Shown here piece by piece: positions 1 through 9,560 of a DNA stretch of 50,006 bases. The notes beneath the pieces were generated by a model. That model worked only from the letters and a program-made list of their open reading frames with translations, searched no databases and was not told the DNA's origin. The translations under genes and the position numbers were made by a program. Origin of the DNA: Methanobacteriota archaeon (GTDB lineage: Archaea; Thermoplasmatota; E2; DHVEG-1); NCBI GenBank assembly GCA_017885605.1, contig JAFNFT010000028.1, positions 2,095-52,100 on the forward strand, in the 5' to 3' direction. Positions within the stretch are counted from its first letter, which is position 1. Every line of letters begins with the position of its first letter.

Positions 1-90
1 GGGAGACACGGGGATATCAAATTATACAGACTCACCGATTTTGGGAAGGAAATCGTAACAGGTCTTCGAGACAATAAAAAACGTTTCTAA
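1..90 (+). CDS. 3' end of a CDS entering from upstream; product unknown (tail is reminiscent of a winged-helix regulator C-terminus)
   Basis: Frame 1 is open from base 1 to TAA at 88-90 and reads GRHGDIKLYRLTDFGKEIVTGLRDNKKRF*. The YRLTxxGKE pattern is common in wHTH wings, but 29 aa is too short to assign. Confidence 0.3.
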   Translation, partial: GRHGDIKLYRLTDFGKEIVTGLRDNKKRF

Positions 91-96
91 ATAGGG

Positions 97-309
97 TCAA
101 TCTAGCTTCTTTTTGTATTCTTCAAACATCGTGGTGACTTGGTTTTCTTCTACTTGTGCGACATCGCCTGTTTCGTATCGTACCACGAACCATCGACTTG
201 GACTAGGATACGTATGGATAACAATCGCTTTTCGAGCAGGCAGATTCGGAGCATCAGGATTGTGTACGAGAACCTCAATGCCTTTTCGTATCCCACGTTG
301 TTCTAACAT
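97..309 (-). CDS. Small hypothetical protein (70 aa)
   Basis: ATG-initiated ORF with non-repetitive, balanced composition (MLEQRGIRKGIEVLVHNPDAPNLPARKAIVIHTYPSPSRWFVVRYETGDV...). I recognise no family. Confidence 0.45.
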   Translation of the reverse strand: MLEQRGIRKGIEVLVHNPDAPNLPARKAIVIHTYPSPSRWFVVRYETGDVAQVEENQVTTMFEEYKKKLD

Positions 310-476
310 CGGTCATTTCCCATCCGTTCTTTTACTCTTTTAAAGGGATGAATGTCTTGGAAGTATATAGAATTGATTCAACTGATCAAGAGGTCTCAAG
401 AAAAGAAAAAAACGATGCTGTTCTAAGATGAAGTTTAAATATATTGCATCTATTTTCAGGATGCAGTGAGGTATCT

Positions 477-1019
477 ATGAAGTTAAAAACGATATTGATA
501 TATATGCTCCTTTTTGTCAACCTTGGCTTTTTTCTGTTTTTAAGCCCGTTATGTACTGCGCAACAAGCAAACGTCTCTATCAAGGAGGTAACTGTACAAT
601 TAACACAAACACGTCCTCCGGTCGGTACGACGACTATACGAGAATATAAAATTACTGCTATTTTACATAACACCGGTGATACAGAATCGGTAAACATCAC
701 CGTCACATTCAAGGACCCCCAACCTGGACTTAATACAAGCCTCATTTTCCAACCTGCTAGTTATTCCTTAAAACCAAATGAAGAGAAAACCTTTGCCTTT
801 GAAAATTGGCCAACGTCTCTATCTGGTGACATTCCTCTTAATATCAGCTTTCGACCTTCGTCACCAAATGTGTTGGAAACCCAGTATAACTCTGATTCTT
901 ATATCTATACATTGCACATCGGAAATGATACAAAGACGACTTCAACCCCTGGTTTTGAAGTCCTGGTTGTTCTGATAGCGATTCTTGCTCTGTTATTTAC
1001 AAAACAAATAAGAAAATAA
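477..1019 (+). CDS. Secreted surface protein with PGF-CTERM archaeosortase sorting signal
   Basis: Start moved to ATG 477 (MKLKTILIYMLLFVNLGFFLFL...), preceded by GTGAGGT and a TTTAAATATATT box. The N-terminus looks like a signal peptide. The C-terminus is a Thr/Ser-rich linker, then PGF, a hydrophobic helix and a basic tail (KTTSTPGFEVLVVLIAILALLFTKQIRK). Confidence 0.7.
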   Translation: MKLKTILIYMLLFVNLGFFLFLSPLCTAQQANVSIKEVTVQLTQTRPPVGTTTIREYKITAILHNTGDTESVNITVTFKDPQPGLNTSLIFQPASYSLKPNEEKTFAFENWPTSLSGDIPLNISFRPSSPNVLETQYNSDSYIYTLHIGNDTKTTSTPGFEVLVVLIAILALLFTKQIRK

Positions 1020-1067
1020 CGCTCTGTTCTGCCTTGCTCTCACGTAGAGAGAACGGTTGGTTCAGGG

Positions 1068-1487
1068 TTATATTTCAGTAACGGAAATGACCACATGGTC
1101 AACGAACGCTACGCCAGCTCCTTCATAGGTTACTTTATTTGCTAGCTGGAATGATTGTTCGGTGTACCCCGCAGGCATATTGCGGATATATTTTGTGCTG
1201 TTGTATAAGAAGAGATTATTCTTATCATAAAATTTTACGTCTATCTTTGCGCTTATTTGTTTTCCAGCGATATTATGAAACAGCCAACCTACGGTCACTG
1301 ATTCAATGCTTCCTGATTTATTGCTATTTTCTTCATAAGTCACATTTACAAATTCAACAATGGTCGAATCAAGAGACACGTTTTGAGGTCTTCCTTGTGT
1401 CTTGACACTGTTTGTATTTTGACAGCCACTTAACGCTGAACAGATACAAATCACAACTGCTACTACACCAAATAAGGTTTTCTTCAT
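1068..1487 (-). CDS. Putative lipoprotein (139 aa)
   Basis: The N-terminus MKKTLFGVVAVVICICSALSGCQNT has a lipobox-like LSGC. The remainder is a soluble beta-rich domain of no recognised family. Confidence 0.6.
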   Translation of the reverse strand: MKKTLFGVVAVVICICSALSGCQNTNSVKTQGRPQNVSLDSTIVEFVNVTYEENSNKSGSIESVTVGWLFHNIAGKQISAKIDVKFYDKNNLFLYNSTKYIRNMPAGYTEQSFQLANKVTYEGAGVAFVDHVVISVTEI

Positions 1488-1630
1488 GCTTACTCATCCC
1501 TCCTGATTTTCTTAAAAAAGATATGGTGCGTCGTCATTTATATGTTTCGATAGAAGTGTATCAGTGTTTATAAAAAATTTTTTTTCACCAAAAGTTTTAA
1601 TAGATAGGGGCTATCATCGATGTTCACTAC

Positions 1631-2119
1631 TTGGGAAAAAGAACAGAATTAAACGCAGAGAGATGGGGTATGCCAGTACCAAAGAAATCAGAGATCATGA
1701 AACATGTCTTACGGACATTAATATCGATTTCTAGTAGAAAAACAGATCTCCCGTATACGATTATGACTATGGATGATCTCATAAAACGACTAGAAACTCA
1801 ATATAGGTTTCTCAAACATATTCAAATTAACGACGATTTCTATAACGAACAATCTGGTGATATTATCAGTGTCATGTCTGATATCAATACCGTTCCACCA
1901 AATGAGTTAGGGAACGCACTGCATTCCATTATCGACTCTATGAATCGATCTCTTGGGGAGAATGCGGGTCATTTTTTCATAAAAGAAATACGCAATAAAC
2001 TTAGCGATGAGTACCTCACCTTGATGCGGGATATGGGAGTCGATCTGGGTCTGATGCAACTGGAAAGTGAAATAAACAGGTTAGAACGAGAAATCACTGA
2101 GCGGAAAAAACAATCTTAA
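1631..2119 (+). CDS. Hypothetical protein; single copy of the ~125-aa domain that is triplicated in 19063..20295
   Basis: The ORF-track start is TTG 1631; ATG 1670 or ATG 1697 (MKHVLRTLIS...) are more likely. It aligns by eye to each repeat of the 410-aa protein: RKT...L.K.L...Y.FL..I.I...NT...G.AL...G..AG.FFI.E.R.K...EY...L..MGVDL.LMQ. Confidence 0.6.
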   Translation: MGKRTELNAERWGMPVPKKSEIMKHVLRTLISISSRKTDLPYTIMTMDDLIKRLETQYRFLKHIQINDDFYNEQSGDIISVMSDINTVPPNELGNALHSIIDSMNRSLGENAGHFFIKEIRNKLSDEYLTLMRDMGVDLGLMQLESEINRLEREITERKKQS

Positions 2120-2131
2120 AAAAACTCCCTG

Positions 2132-2521
2132 TTATTTCAGATGAAAGACATATAACGTTGGAATCTTCTTTTTCTTCCCAGTCCAGTATCCACACAGGTC
2201 ACATCGAAATTCTATGGTGACTTCACCACCATAAATAGTCTGGTTTTTCACCCGTTGTAATGCGCCTCCGCAGACAGGGCATTTATGCAGAATCTTATCC
2301 GGATCGCCCTCTCTTGTATGAATCTCAACTTGAACCAACCCGCTATTCAAAACAAGCATGCGCAACCGATGTTCGCTCACATGTAACTGCTTTTTCTTTG
2401 TTTGTAATTCCTTTTCCACAAATTTTTTGAGCGTATGTTGCGACGTCACTGTATGATACTGTTGAAAAACCTTTTCCACTGCACCGAGAATATCATCATC
2501 GGAGGGAATATGGTACACCAT
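2132..2521 (-). CDS. Zinc-ribbon protein, unknown function (129 aa)
   Basis: The C-terminal half carries CPVCGG...(24 aa)...CDLCG, i.e. two CxxC knuckles. The N-terminal half is helical and of no recognised family. Confidence 0.55.
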   Translation of the reverse strand: MVYHIPSDDDILGAVEKVFQQYHTVTSQHTLKKFVEKELQTKKKQLHVSEHRLRMLVLNSGLVQVEIHTREGDPDKILHKCPVCGGALQRVKNQTIYGGEVTIEFRCDLCGYWTGKKKKIPTLYVFHLK

Positions 2522-2554
2522 GCAATAGTGAATCGTCTTGGTTACTTTAACCTT

Positions 2555-3337
2555 TTACATCACGATCGTTTTCAATAGATCTGTCCTTGTGACCATTCCA
2601 ACGAGTTTATCGTTTTCCAATAGTGGTAAAGCCCCGACGTTCTGTTTTAGCATCAATTGTGCTGCATCAGAAATACTGATTGATGGGTTGGACCACACGA
2701 CTGGGGTTCGCATGACATCCTTGACAAGAAGTTCATCAAGATGATGTTTCTGTTTTCCTAAGGAAAACGATTTTTTTAATGATGCAAACGCTAATGCTAT
2801 CTCGACATCAGAGATGATTCCCACTAATTTTTTTTCCTCAAGAACAGGCAGACGTGCGATATTGTTGGTAATCATGATCCGTCGCGCATGGATCACTCGG
2901 TCATCAAGGCTGACGGTATATACTTTTTTTTGCATGATGGAATGAAGTTGATTTTTATTGGTGACCAAAGGTAGTAAATCAGCTTTTGTCACGACTCCAA
3001 TCAGTTTTTCTTTTTCGACCACCGGCAGCATTGTTGGGCCTGGTTCACCAACTGATTTTAAAATGTTTTTTACTTCCTCTTCTGGTGAGATGACTGTTAC
3101 CTCTTTCTCTGTCACCGATGATGCATGTAACCGAGATGCTGTTATTGCTCGTTTGCGTATCGATCCCAGTTTATAGGCGATTACGTTGTCGGTCACAAGA
3201 CCAAAAAATTTTTTTTCCTCAGTCACCGGAATCTTTGTGATGCCATACTTTTTCATGAGATCCAGCACGAGTTTGAGACTATCATCTTTATCTACTGTAA
3301 TTATTTCTGTCGTCATTATTTCTTTTACTTTCATCAC
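2555..3337 (-). CDS. CBS-domain protein (four tandem CBS motifs)
   Basis: Four repeats of the CBS pattern occur (VKEIMTTEIITV..., ...KIPVTEEKKFFGLVTDNVI..., ...LPVVEKEKLIGVVTKADLL, ...LPVLEEKKLVGIISDVEI, VKDVMRTPVVW...LPLLENDKLVGMVTRTDLL). Confidence 0.85.
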   Translation of the reverse strand: MMKVKEIMTTEIITVDKDDSLKLVLDLMKKYGITKIPVTEEKKFFGLVTDNVIAYKLGSIRKRAITASRLHASSVTEKEVTVISPEEEVKNILKSVGEPGPTMLPVVEKEKLIGVVTKADLLPLVTNKNQLHSIMQKKVYTVSLDDRVIHARRIMITNNIARLPVLEEKKLVGIISDVEIALAFASLKKSFSLGKQKHHLDELLVKDVMRTPVVWSNPSISISDAAQLMLKQNVGALPLLENDKLVGMVTRTDLLKTIVM

Positions 3338-3370
3338 CGTTTTCCTCCTTTTCTATCTCTTTAAAAAATG

Positions 3371-3925
3371 TTATTCATATTTTAATCCATCAATGCAGTC
3401 TTCACAAAGCAGGCGGCCATCAATACTTTTGAGGCTTGTTGATAAGATATTGCAGTCTTCACATTTTCCGGAAAACATCTGGCTCTGTTTATACTCCTCA
3501 TCTTTTGTATCGATATTTGACCATTCATGGGAAATTTCCATTAATGCAGGTGATAATCGAGAGATATCGCGTTGTGTGATAATCCCAACAAGCTCATTGT
3601 TTTCAACGATGGGTAGTCTTCTTATATTACACTTCCCCATAATCTTTAGCGCCTCTTGCAGGGAGATGTATGGTTCTGCGATGATAATGGGGCTGCTCAT
3701 GACTTCTTCGACGGTCACATCTTGGGCGTTTTTCGCCTCACACACCACTTTTTTGATAATGTCGCTTTCTGTAAGAATCCCGATTGGGTGGTGTACTTCT
3801 GATATGATCACATTTCCGATTTTGTTCTGCTTCATAATTCGAGCTGCTTCTAAAACGGTTGTGAATGGTTGTACAACCACCGGTTTTGTCTTCATGACCT
3901 CTTTGACGAGAACATCTTTGTTCAT
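3371..3925 (-). CDS. CBS-pair protein with C-terminal zinc ribbon
   Basis: Two CBS motifs (VKEVMKTKPVVV...GILTESDII; VEEVMSSPIIIA...LPIVENNELVGIITQRDI) are followed by CEDC...(16 aa)...CEDC. Confidence 0.85.
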   Translation of the reverse strand: MNKDVLVKEVMKTKPVVVQPFTTVLEAARIMKQNKIGNVIISEVHHPIGILTESDIIKKVVCEAKNAQDVTVEEVMSSPIIIAEPYISLQEALKIMGKCNIRRLPIVENNELVGIITQRDISRLSPALMEISHEWSNIDTKDEEYKQSQMFSGKCEDCNILSTSLKSIDGRLLCEDCIDGLKYE

Positions 3926-4006
3926 ATGCTGTCCACCAAATCAATGATTGATTGAAAGATCCAATCCCAAACATTAAAACATTACGAGGTATTTTACCTT
4001 TTTCAT

Positions 4007-4516
4007 ATGAGCAGCGTTTATGAAAGAGAATTAAAAGGGATCCTCGAGGGCGATGAAAAAATTCTTTCGAAGATGACCAAAACATGTTCGGCATTAGAGA
4101 AAGGAAATTACTATCTCACGAAACAGAAGCCATTCATTGTGGTTCGCGCTGCGGGTTCGTTCGGTGTTGACTTGGTTGCTCTGAGGGGCGATATCTCGTT
4201 TCTCATGGAGATAAAGTCGAGTAATGTGGACACGTTGCATTTCAGTAGTGTGGATGGGAAGTTGCAGCGGCAGGCTGAAAAGATGCAACGTGAATGTGAA
4301 AAAACAAAGACCTTGCCGATCTATGGTTTTCGTTTGAAAAGCCATGGTGGTGATTGTTGGCGGCTCTTTTCCATGGAGATTTTTCAGCTTGAGGGGCGGG
4401 CGAAGATTCTGCACAATCGACTCCCAAAACTGAGTCGGAGTAAAAGCGGAAATTATATTATGCGATGGGAAGACGGTCTTCCGCTCTCAGATTTTCTGAT
4501 GTATCTCTGTAAATAG
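4007..4516 (+). CDS. Hjc-family (archaeal Holliday-junction resolvase-like) PD-(D/E)xK nuclease
   Basis: YERELKGIL...FIVVRAAGSFGVDLVALRGD..FLMEIKSS matches the Hjc core E...(S/A)xGS..(V)DL(V/I)A...(I)E(V/I)K. It has an insertion after the first helix and a longer C-terminus than classical Hjc. Confidence 0.55.
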   Translation: MSSVYERELKGILEGDEKILSKMTKTCSALEKGNYYLTKQKPFIVVRAAGSFGVDLVALRGDISFLMEIKSSNVDTLHFSSVDGKLQRQAEKMQRECEKTKTLPIYGFRLKSHGGDCWRLFSMEIFQLEGRAKILHNRLPKLSRSKSGNYIMRWEDGLPLSDFLMYLCK

Positions 4517-4646
4517 TTACGTGCTATGAGTCAGGGTTTATCTTCGACTCAAAGATTTTTCGTCAGAATTTATCTCTTTCATTCTGAGAGGTAATACAAA
4601 ATCTTTTTTAGTCAGTTCCTCATTACATGCAGCACTGTGGTGAATT

Positions 4647-5087
4647 ATGAAACGATTACTCGTCGCCTATGATGGATCAGAAGCATCAACGAAAGCGATT
4701 GATATGGCAGTACAATGTTCAACACTGGATGATGAGCTTGTCCTCCTCACTGTGATTCCTGCCGCGTTAGTTGAATCAACATTCACAAACATGCTGTTGC
4801 CAACCATTGATCTCAGCACGGTGGTAACCCCTGGAACCTTTAAAGAAAAAGCCATGGAAAACCTTGGGAAACTCGCAAAAGACCTTGAGGGGAAAATCGG
4901 GAAAGTGGATATCGCGGTTGAAGCAGGTGACCCTGCTGATGAAATACTTCTTGTGGCAAAAAAATATGATAGTGACATTATTCTCATTGGGTATAAGGGC
5001 TATGGAAAAGAAGGAAGATTTTTGCTTGGGAGTGTCACAGACAAAGTAGTTCGACATGCGAGCAGATCCGTACTGGTCGTACGGTAA
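4647..5087 (+). CDS. Universal stress protein (UspA family)
   Basis: MKRLLVAYDGSEAS..A...A.......L.LLTV... and the C-terminal IILIGYKGYGKEGRFLLGSVTDKVVRHASRSVLVVR is the typical Usp ATP-binding signature. Confidence 0.85.
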   Translation: MKRLLVAYDGSEASTKAIDMAVQCSTLDDELVLLTVIPAALVESTFTNMLLPTIDLSTVVTPGTFKEKAMENLGKLAKDLEGKIGKVDIAVEAGDPADEILLVAKKYDSDIILIGYKGYGKEGRFLLGSVTDKVVRHASRSVLVVR

Positions 5088-5102
5088 AAGAATTGTGATG
5101 AA

Positions 5103-6299
5103 ATGCATCCTGCAGAGGAATTACGCGGGAAGAAAGACAACAAACTTCTTCACAAACGTATTGTTCTTGGGATCACTGGTAGTATTGCTGCAGTCGAGTG
5201 TGTGAAACTTGCACGGGAGCTCATCCGTCATGGGGCGACCATCTATCCTGTGATGACACCGTCAGCAACACGTATTATTCATCCGGATGCCGTTGAATTT
5301 GCCACTGGTCATAAACCTGTCCTCCAGCTGACTGGTCAGACGGAGCATGTCTCCTGGTGTGGCTTGGTTGAGGACCCGGTGGACCTCCTTTTGATATCGC
5401 CATGTACAGCAAACACGATTTCAAAGATCGCTCGTGGGATTGATGATACATCGGTGACCACCTGTGCGACCACCGCGATAGGCTCTGGTGTGCAGATTCT
5501 TCTTGTGCCTGCCATGCATCTGTCGATGTACGACCATAAAATTGTTCAAAAAAATATTGATATCTGCAAAGACCATGGTGTGCTGTTTATCGATCCGTTT
5601 ATCTCTGGGAATAAAGCGAAATTCCCAGAGATTCAAGAGATCGTTGAGACCGTGATTCGAACGATTGGCAAACGAGATTTGCAGAAGAAAAAAATCCTGA
5701 TCATCGGTGGTGCGACTGCTGAACCAATCGATGATATCCGAGTGCTAACGAATCGGAGTTCAGGGAAAACAGCGGTCGCGTTAAGTATCAATGCGTTCGA
5801 ACGAGGAGCAGATGTTGAACTCTGGTACGGGTACGCGCAGGAGCCTGTTCCCTCTTCTATTCCTTTCAAACGTTTCGAGACCGTCAATGATCTTTTAGTA
5901 TTGATGAATAACAAGGGACTGAAACAGTTTGATAGCGTCATTGTCTGTGCAGCGATTGCAAACTATATCCCAAAAAAACAGAAAGGAAAAATCCCCTCGG
6001 GAAAAGAGACACTCGCTATCGATTGTTTTCAAGCACCGGTTGTTCTTGAGACCCTGCGTTCGCGGATTCCTCATGCAAAAATCCTTGCTTTTAAAACAGA
6101 AGAAAAAAAGAAAAATGTCAAGAGAAAAACACAGCAGTTACTCAACAGATACCATCTTGATGGTGCCATCGGCAATACCCTTTCGGGGTTTGGTGGGGAA
6201 TATAACGAGATTTTTCTTCTAACAAAAAAAGGAAAAAGCACCTGGAAAAAAGGAAAAAAAGAAGAGCTTGCTTCTGTTATCCTGGATTTGCTACGATAG
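5103..6299 (+). CDS. coaBC: Bifunctional phosphopantothenoylcysteine decarboxylase / phosphopantothenate-cysteine ligase
   Basis: The N-terminal flavoprotein motif is RIVLGITGSIAAVECVKLARELIRHG...ISPCTANTISKIARGIDD. The C-terminal ligase half is ILIIGGATAEPIDDIRVLTNRSSGK...VCAAIANY. Confidence 0.9.
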   Translation: MHPAEELRGKKDNKLLHKRIVLGITGSIAAVECVKLARELIRHGATIYPVMTPSATRIIHPDAVEFATGHKPVLQLTGQTEHVSWCGLVEDPVDLLLISPCTANTISKIARGIDDTSVTTCATTAIGSGVQILLVPAMHLSMYDHKIVQKNIDICKDHGVLFIDPFISGNKAKFPEIQEIVETVIRTIGKRDLQKKKILIIGGATAEPIDDIRVLTNRSSGKTAVALSINAFERGADVELWYGYAQEPVPSSIPFKRFETVNDLLVLMNNKGLKQFDSVIVCAAIANYIPKKQKGKIPSGKETLAIDCFQAPVVLETLRSRIPHAKILAFKTEEKKKNVKRKTQQLLNRYHLDGAIGNTLSGFGGEYNEIFLLTKKGKSTWKKGKKEELASVILDLLR

Positions 6300-6314
6300 T
6301 TGAACAAGAGGTCT

Positions 6315-7187
6315 ATGAAGGGAATTGCTTTTGCTCCAGGGCATGTTTCAGCGTTTTTTGAACCGGTATATTCTCAACAGGATATGGACCGTTCAGGGTC
6401 CTGTGGTGCTGGAATTAGTATCTCGCTTGGAGCAATCAGCCAGGTCACAATACAGCCAGCGCCACATCGAATAGTCACCGTTCATATTAATGGAAAACCA
6501 TCAAGTGCTCCGGTCACAAAATCCGCTTTGAACTATCTTATCGGTGCTACGCCCTTGAGTATTACGGTGAATACTATCATGGATTTGCCGGTGAGCCAGG
6601 GATTTGGTATGAGCGCTGCAGGTGCGTTAAGCACAACCCTTGCTTTGGCAGATTTTCTCAATCTTCCAAGGGAAAACGCCATCAAAGCTGCGCATTATGC
6701 TGAAGTCCAGTTACACACAGGACTTGGTGATGTGATCGCCAGCAGTTTTGGTGGAATTGAGATCCGAAGAAAAGCAGGTCTTCCCCCCTGGGGAATACTC
6801 GAGCATATCCCAGGGAACTATGATATCGTGTTATGTGTGATCGGGGAAAAGATTGAGACAAAAAAGATACTTACGGATTCAACAAAGGTTCGCGAAATCG
6901 CATCGTACGGGCGGTATTGTACAAAAAAACTATTGGAGAAACCTTCACTTGAGCAGCTTTTTTCCCTTGCCTGGGAGTTCACACGAAAAATCGATATCGC
7001 TGATAAGACCGTGCTGCAAGCAATAGAGAAAGCAAACACACATGGGATGGCAAGCATGTGTATGTTAGGAAACTCGGTATATGCTGTGGGAGATACCCCA
7101 GCTCTTTGTAAGATTCTTTCCGCGTACGGAACGGTTTTTTGTTGTACCGTCGATGAGAAAGGAGCACGGGTGTTACAAGAAAAATAA
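6315..7187 (+). CDS. Pantoate kinase (archaeal GHMP-kinase, CoA pathway)
   Basis: The GHMP motif is PVSQGFGMSAAGALSTTLALA and the N-terminal signature is APGHVSAFFEP...GSCGAGISI. The gene directly follows coaBC. Start set at ATG 6315 (AGAGG 5 nt upstream) rather than TTG 6300. Confidence 0.8.
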   Translation: MKGIAFAPGHVSAFFEPVYSQQDMDRSGSCGAGISISLGAISQVTIQPAPHRIVTVHINGKPSSAPVTKSALNYLIGATPLSITVNTIMDLPVSQGFGMSAAGALSTTLALADFLNLPRENAIKAAHYAEVQLHTGLGDVIASSFGGIEIRRKAGLPPWGILEHIPGNYDIVLCVIGEKIETKKILTDSTKVREIASYGRYCTKKLLEKPSLEQLFSLAWEFTRKIDIADKTVLQAIEKANTHGMASMCMLGNSVYAVGDTPALCKILSAYGTVFCCTVDEKGARVLQEK

Positions 7188-7218
7188 TATACTCTCTTGA
7201 TAGTGTTTTCTTCGTATC

Positions 7219-8130
7219 TTATTTTGTTGTATAACACTTTCGGTATCGTTCCCAGAGATTATCCGTGTAGTCTTCGATTGCTTTGAGTCGTACCTCATCC
7301 CGCTGTGGTCTGAAAAGATGGCTGAACCGTCCTTGATATTTTATCCATTCTTCCACTGGTTTGCGTTGGATCTTTTTTTCTAAAATCAGCTTGCTTTTGC
7401 CGTTGAATGTCATCACGTCGTTTTCACATTCCCACAGGGACCAGGCGCCTGAGTCGACTGCTAGTCTTCCCATTTCCACGGTTTTATCCATGCTGAATCG
7501 CCAGCCTGGGGGACATGGTGCGAGAATTTCTATGTATTTCGGACCTTGTATGTTTTTGGCTTTTGTTATTTTACTTATGACGTCCTCTGGGTAGCTGATG
7601 CAGGTTTGTGCTGCGTAGGGGATGTGATGTGCAAGGATGATCTCTCCCATCTCTTTTCGAAACTCGTTTTTCCCACTGACTGTCGTTGTAGTCCATGCCG
7701 CATAGGGGGTTGCTCCACTTCGTTGAATACCGGTGTTCGAATAGATTTGATTGTTGTAGCAAATGTAGATAAAATTGGTTCTCCGTTCGAGGGCACCGGA
7801 GAGTGCTTGAATGCCGATATCATACGTCCCGCCGTCTCCTGCCCAAGCGGCTACCGTGATGTCAGTTCGTCCCTGTTGACGTAATGCTGCTTCTACCCCA
7901 GATGCCCCTGCTGCTGCTGCCTCAAAGGCAATATTCATAACCGGGATGTCAAAGGATGTATGTGGGTAGAGGCTTTCGATGACCGCAGTACAACATGCAG
8001 GAATAACCATGATCGTCTTTTTTCCCAGTGCTTTTAACACCAGACGTAATCCGATAGTTGCTGGGCATCCTGGGCAAGATGCGTTCCCTTGTAAAAGGCA
8101 TTCGTCAACTGGATAATCTTTTAACGCCAT
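7219..8130 (-). CDS. porB: 2-oxoacid (pyruvate-type):ferredoxin oxidoreductase, beta (TPP-binding) subunit
   Basis: CPGCPATIGLRLVLKALG and GDGGTYDIGIQALSGALERRTNFIYICYNNQIYSNTG are the TPP-binding motif. It is the last gene of a G-D-A-B operon. POR versus VOR specificity cannot be decided by eye. Confidence 0.88.
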   Translation of the reverse strand: MALKDYPVDECLLQGNASCPGCPATIGLRLVLKALGKKTIMVIPACCTAVIESLYPHTSFDIPVMNIAFEAAAAGASGVEAALRQQGRTDITVAAWAGDGGTYDIGIQALSGALERRTNFIYICYNNQIYSNTGIQRSGATPYAAWTTTTVSGKNEFRKEMGEIILAHHIPYAAQTCISYPEDVISKITKAKNIQGPKYIEILAPCPPGWRFSMDKTVEMGRLAVDSGAWSLWECENDVMTFNGKSKLILEKKIQRKPVEEWIKYQGRFSHLFRPQRDEVRLKAIEDYTDNLWERYRKCYTTK

Positions 8131-8133
8131 TCT

Positions 8134-9288
8134 TTAGTCCTCCATCCCGTACCATTCTTGTTTTTTTGCTGATCCGTTCATCGCTTTTCTGCACATGGTT
8201 TCAATGTCCTTATAGGTTACATCCTTTCCGCCAAGACCTGCGATAAAACCTGTTGCTTTGGCTTCTGATTCACCGTATAACGCTGCCTTTGCCTCGTTGA
8301 AAAGTACGCCTTCCGAACCGATAGAGATATTTCGATCAATTATGATGAGGTCCGCTTGTTTCCCTAACTTGCGGATTTCTTCTGCAGGGAACGGCCGTAT
8401 CACCCGGACGCGTGCAAGGCCGATCTTAATGCCAGCTTTTTGCATTTCATCAATTGCGATCTTGCTTTCTGCGCCAATCGCTCCCATCGATAAGAGAATA
8501 TGCTCAGCACCCTCACATTTGTAATATTCTAAGAGGTCACCATGGAAATATCCTGAGGCTTTCTTCCAGTCTTTTGCTATCTGAGGGATCAGTTGTTTTG
8601 CGTTCTGTTGTGCCTCTTGCATGGCTCGTCGTACTTTATAATAGTGCTCTGGGCCAATGATGTTCCCAAATGTTATTGGATTATCAATATCAAGTTTCCA
8701 GTGTGGAACGTATTTTCCTACGAAATCATCGACTGTCTGTTGTTCAGGGATTTCTGCAGGCATGGAGGTATGAGACAGAATAAATGCATTTAGATTTACC
8801 ATCACGGGCAGTACGATTTTTTGATGTTCAGCGAGTTTAAATGCTTGGATGACCGTATCAAAAATTTCCTGGTTGCTGCTACAATAGAATTGAATCCAAC
8901 CGGTGTCACGTTGGGAAATCGAATCGTTCTCATCAACCCAGATATTCCATCCTGGTCCGATGACACGGTTGATATTGCACATCACAACAGGGAGTCGCGC
9001 CAGGGCAGCCCAATGGAGCATCTCATGCATCAACAAAAGTCCATGGGATGAGGTTGCGGTAAACGTACGTGAGCCAGCAGCACTTGCTCCAATACATGCA
9101 GACATTGCAGAATGCTCACTTTCGACGCAGATGTACTCTCCTTTAAATTCTCCACGTGCGACATATTCAGCGATCGCTTCTACCATCGTCGTCTGTGGAG
9201 TGATCGGATACGCTGCGACAACCTCTGGTTTCGCCATTACTGCTGCTTTCGCTCCGATGCGATTCCCGGTATCCATCATAATCGTCAT
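8134..9288 (-). CDS. porA: 2-oxoacid:ferredoxin oxidoreductase, alpha subunit
   Basis: MTIMMDTGNRIGAKAAVMAKPEVVAAYPITPQT...ESEHSAMSACIGASAAGSRTFTATSSHGL. Start set at ATG 9288, which overlaps the porD stop in an ATGA (9285-9288). The track's 16-aa upstream extension lies inside porD. Confidence 0.9.
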   Translation of the reverse strand: MTIMMDTGNRIGAKAAVMAKPEVVAAYPITPQTTMVEAIAEYVARGEFKGEYICVESEHSAMSACIGASAAGSRTFTATSSHGLLLMHEMLHWAALARLPVVMCNINRVIGPGWNIWVDENDSISQRDTGWIQFYCSSNQEIFDTVIQAFKLAEHQKIVLPVMVNLNAFILSHTSMPAEIPEQQTVDDFVGKYVPHWKLDIDNPITFGNIIGPEHYYKVRRAMQEAQQNAKQLIPQIAKDWKKASGYFHGDLLEYYKCEGAEHILLSMGAIGAESKIAIDEMQKAGIKIGLARVRVIRPFPAEEIRKLGKQADLIIIDRNISIGSEGVLFNEAKAALYGESEAKATGFIAGLGGKDVTYKDIETMCRKAMNGSAKKQEWYGMED

Positions 9289-9560
9289 TTTTTCTTCACC
9301 TCTTCTCGTTCCATGATGATCGCTTTTACGTTGCATTCATTCGCACAGATGCCACAGCCTTTGCAGAAATCGTAATCAATACTTACTGAATCGTCCTTTT
9401 CACGGTGGATACTGCCCTCAGGACAAAAAATCCAACATCGTAAGCATTTCACGCATTTTTTTTTGTCAAGAATTGGTTTGAATACCCGCCAGCTCCCGGT
9501 TTTCCCCATTGCACCTTTTTTTGGGTAGGATAGACTTGTCTCAACTGCGAATTTCTTCAA
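9285..9560 (-). CDS. porD: 2-oxoacid:ferredoxin oxidoreductase, delta subunit (2x[4Fe-4S] ferredoxin)
   Basis: KTGSWRVFKPILDKKKCVKCLRCWIFCPEG...DYDFCKGCGICANEC has two CxxCxxCxxxCP-type clusters. The likely start is TTG 9560, overlapping the porG stop (TTGA at 9557-9560). The longer ATG-9638 ORF would overlap porG by 80 nt. Confidence 0.8.
   Translation of the reverse strand: MKKFAVETSLSYPKKGAMGKTGSWRVFKPILDKKKCVKCLRCWIFCPEGSIHREKDDSVSIDYDFCKGCGICANECNVKAIIMEREEVKKK

Noticed and set aside
3186-3947. 253-aa plus-strand ORF spanning both CBS-domain genes
   Set aside because: It lies antisense to two well-supported CBS genes. Its composition is low-complexity Ser/Phe/Ile-rich, typical of the reverse frame of AT-biased coding sequence. 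It has no RBS or promoter logic.
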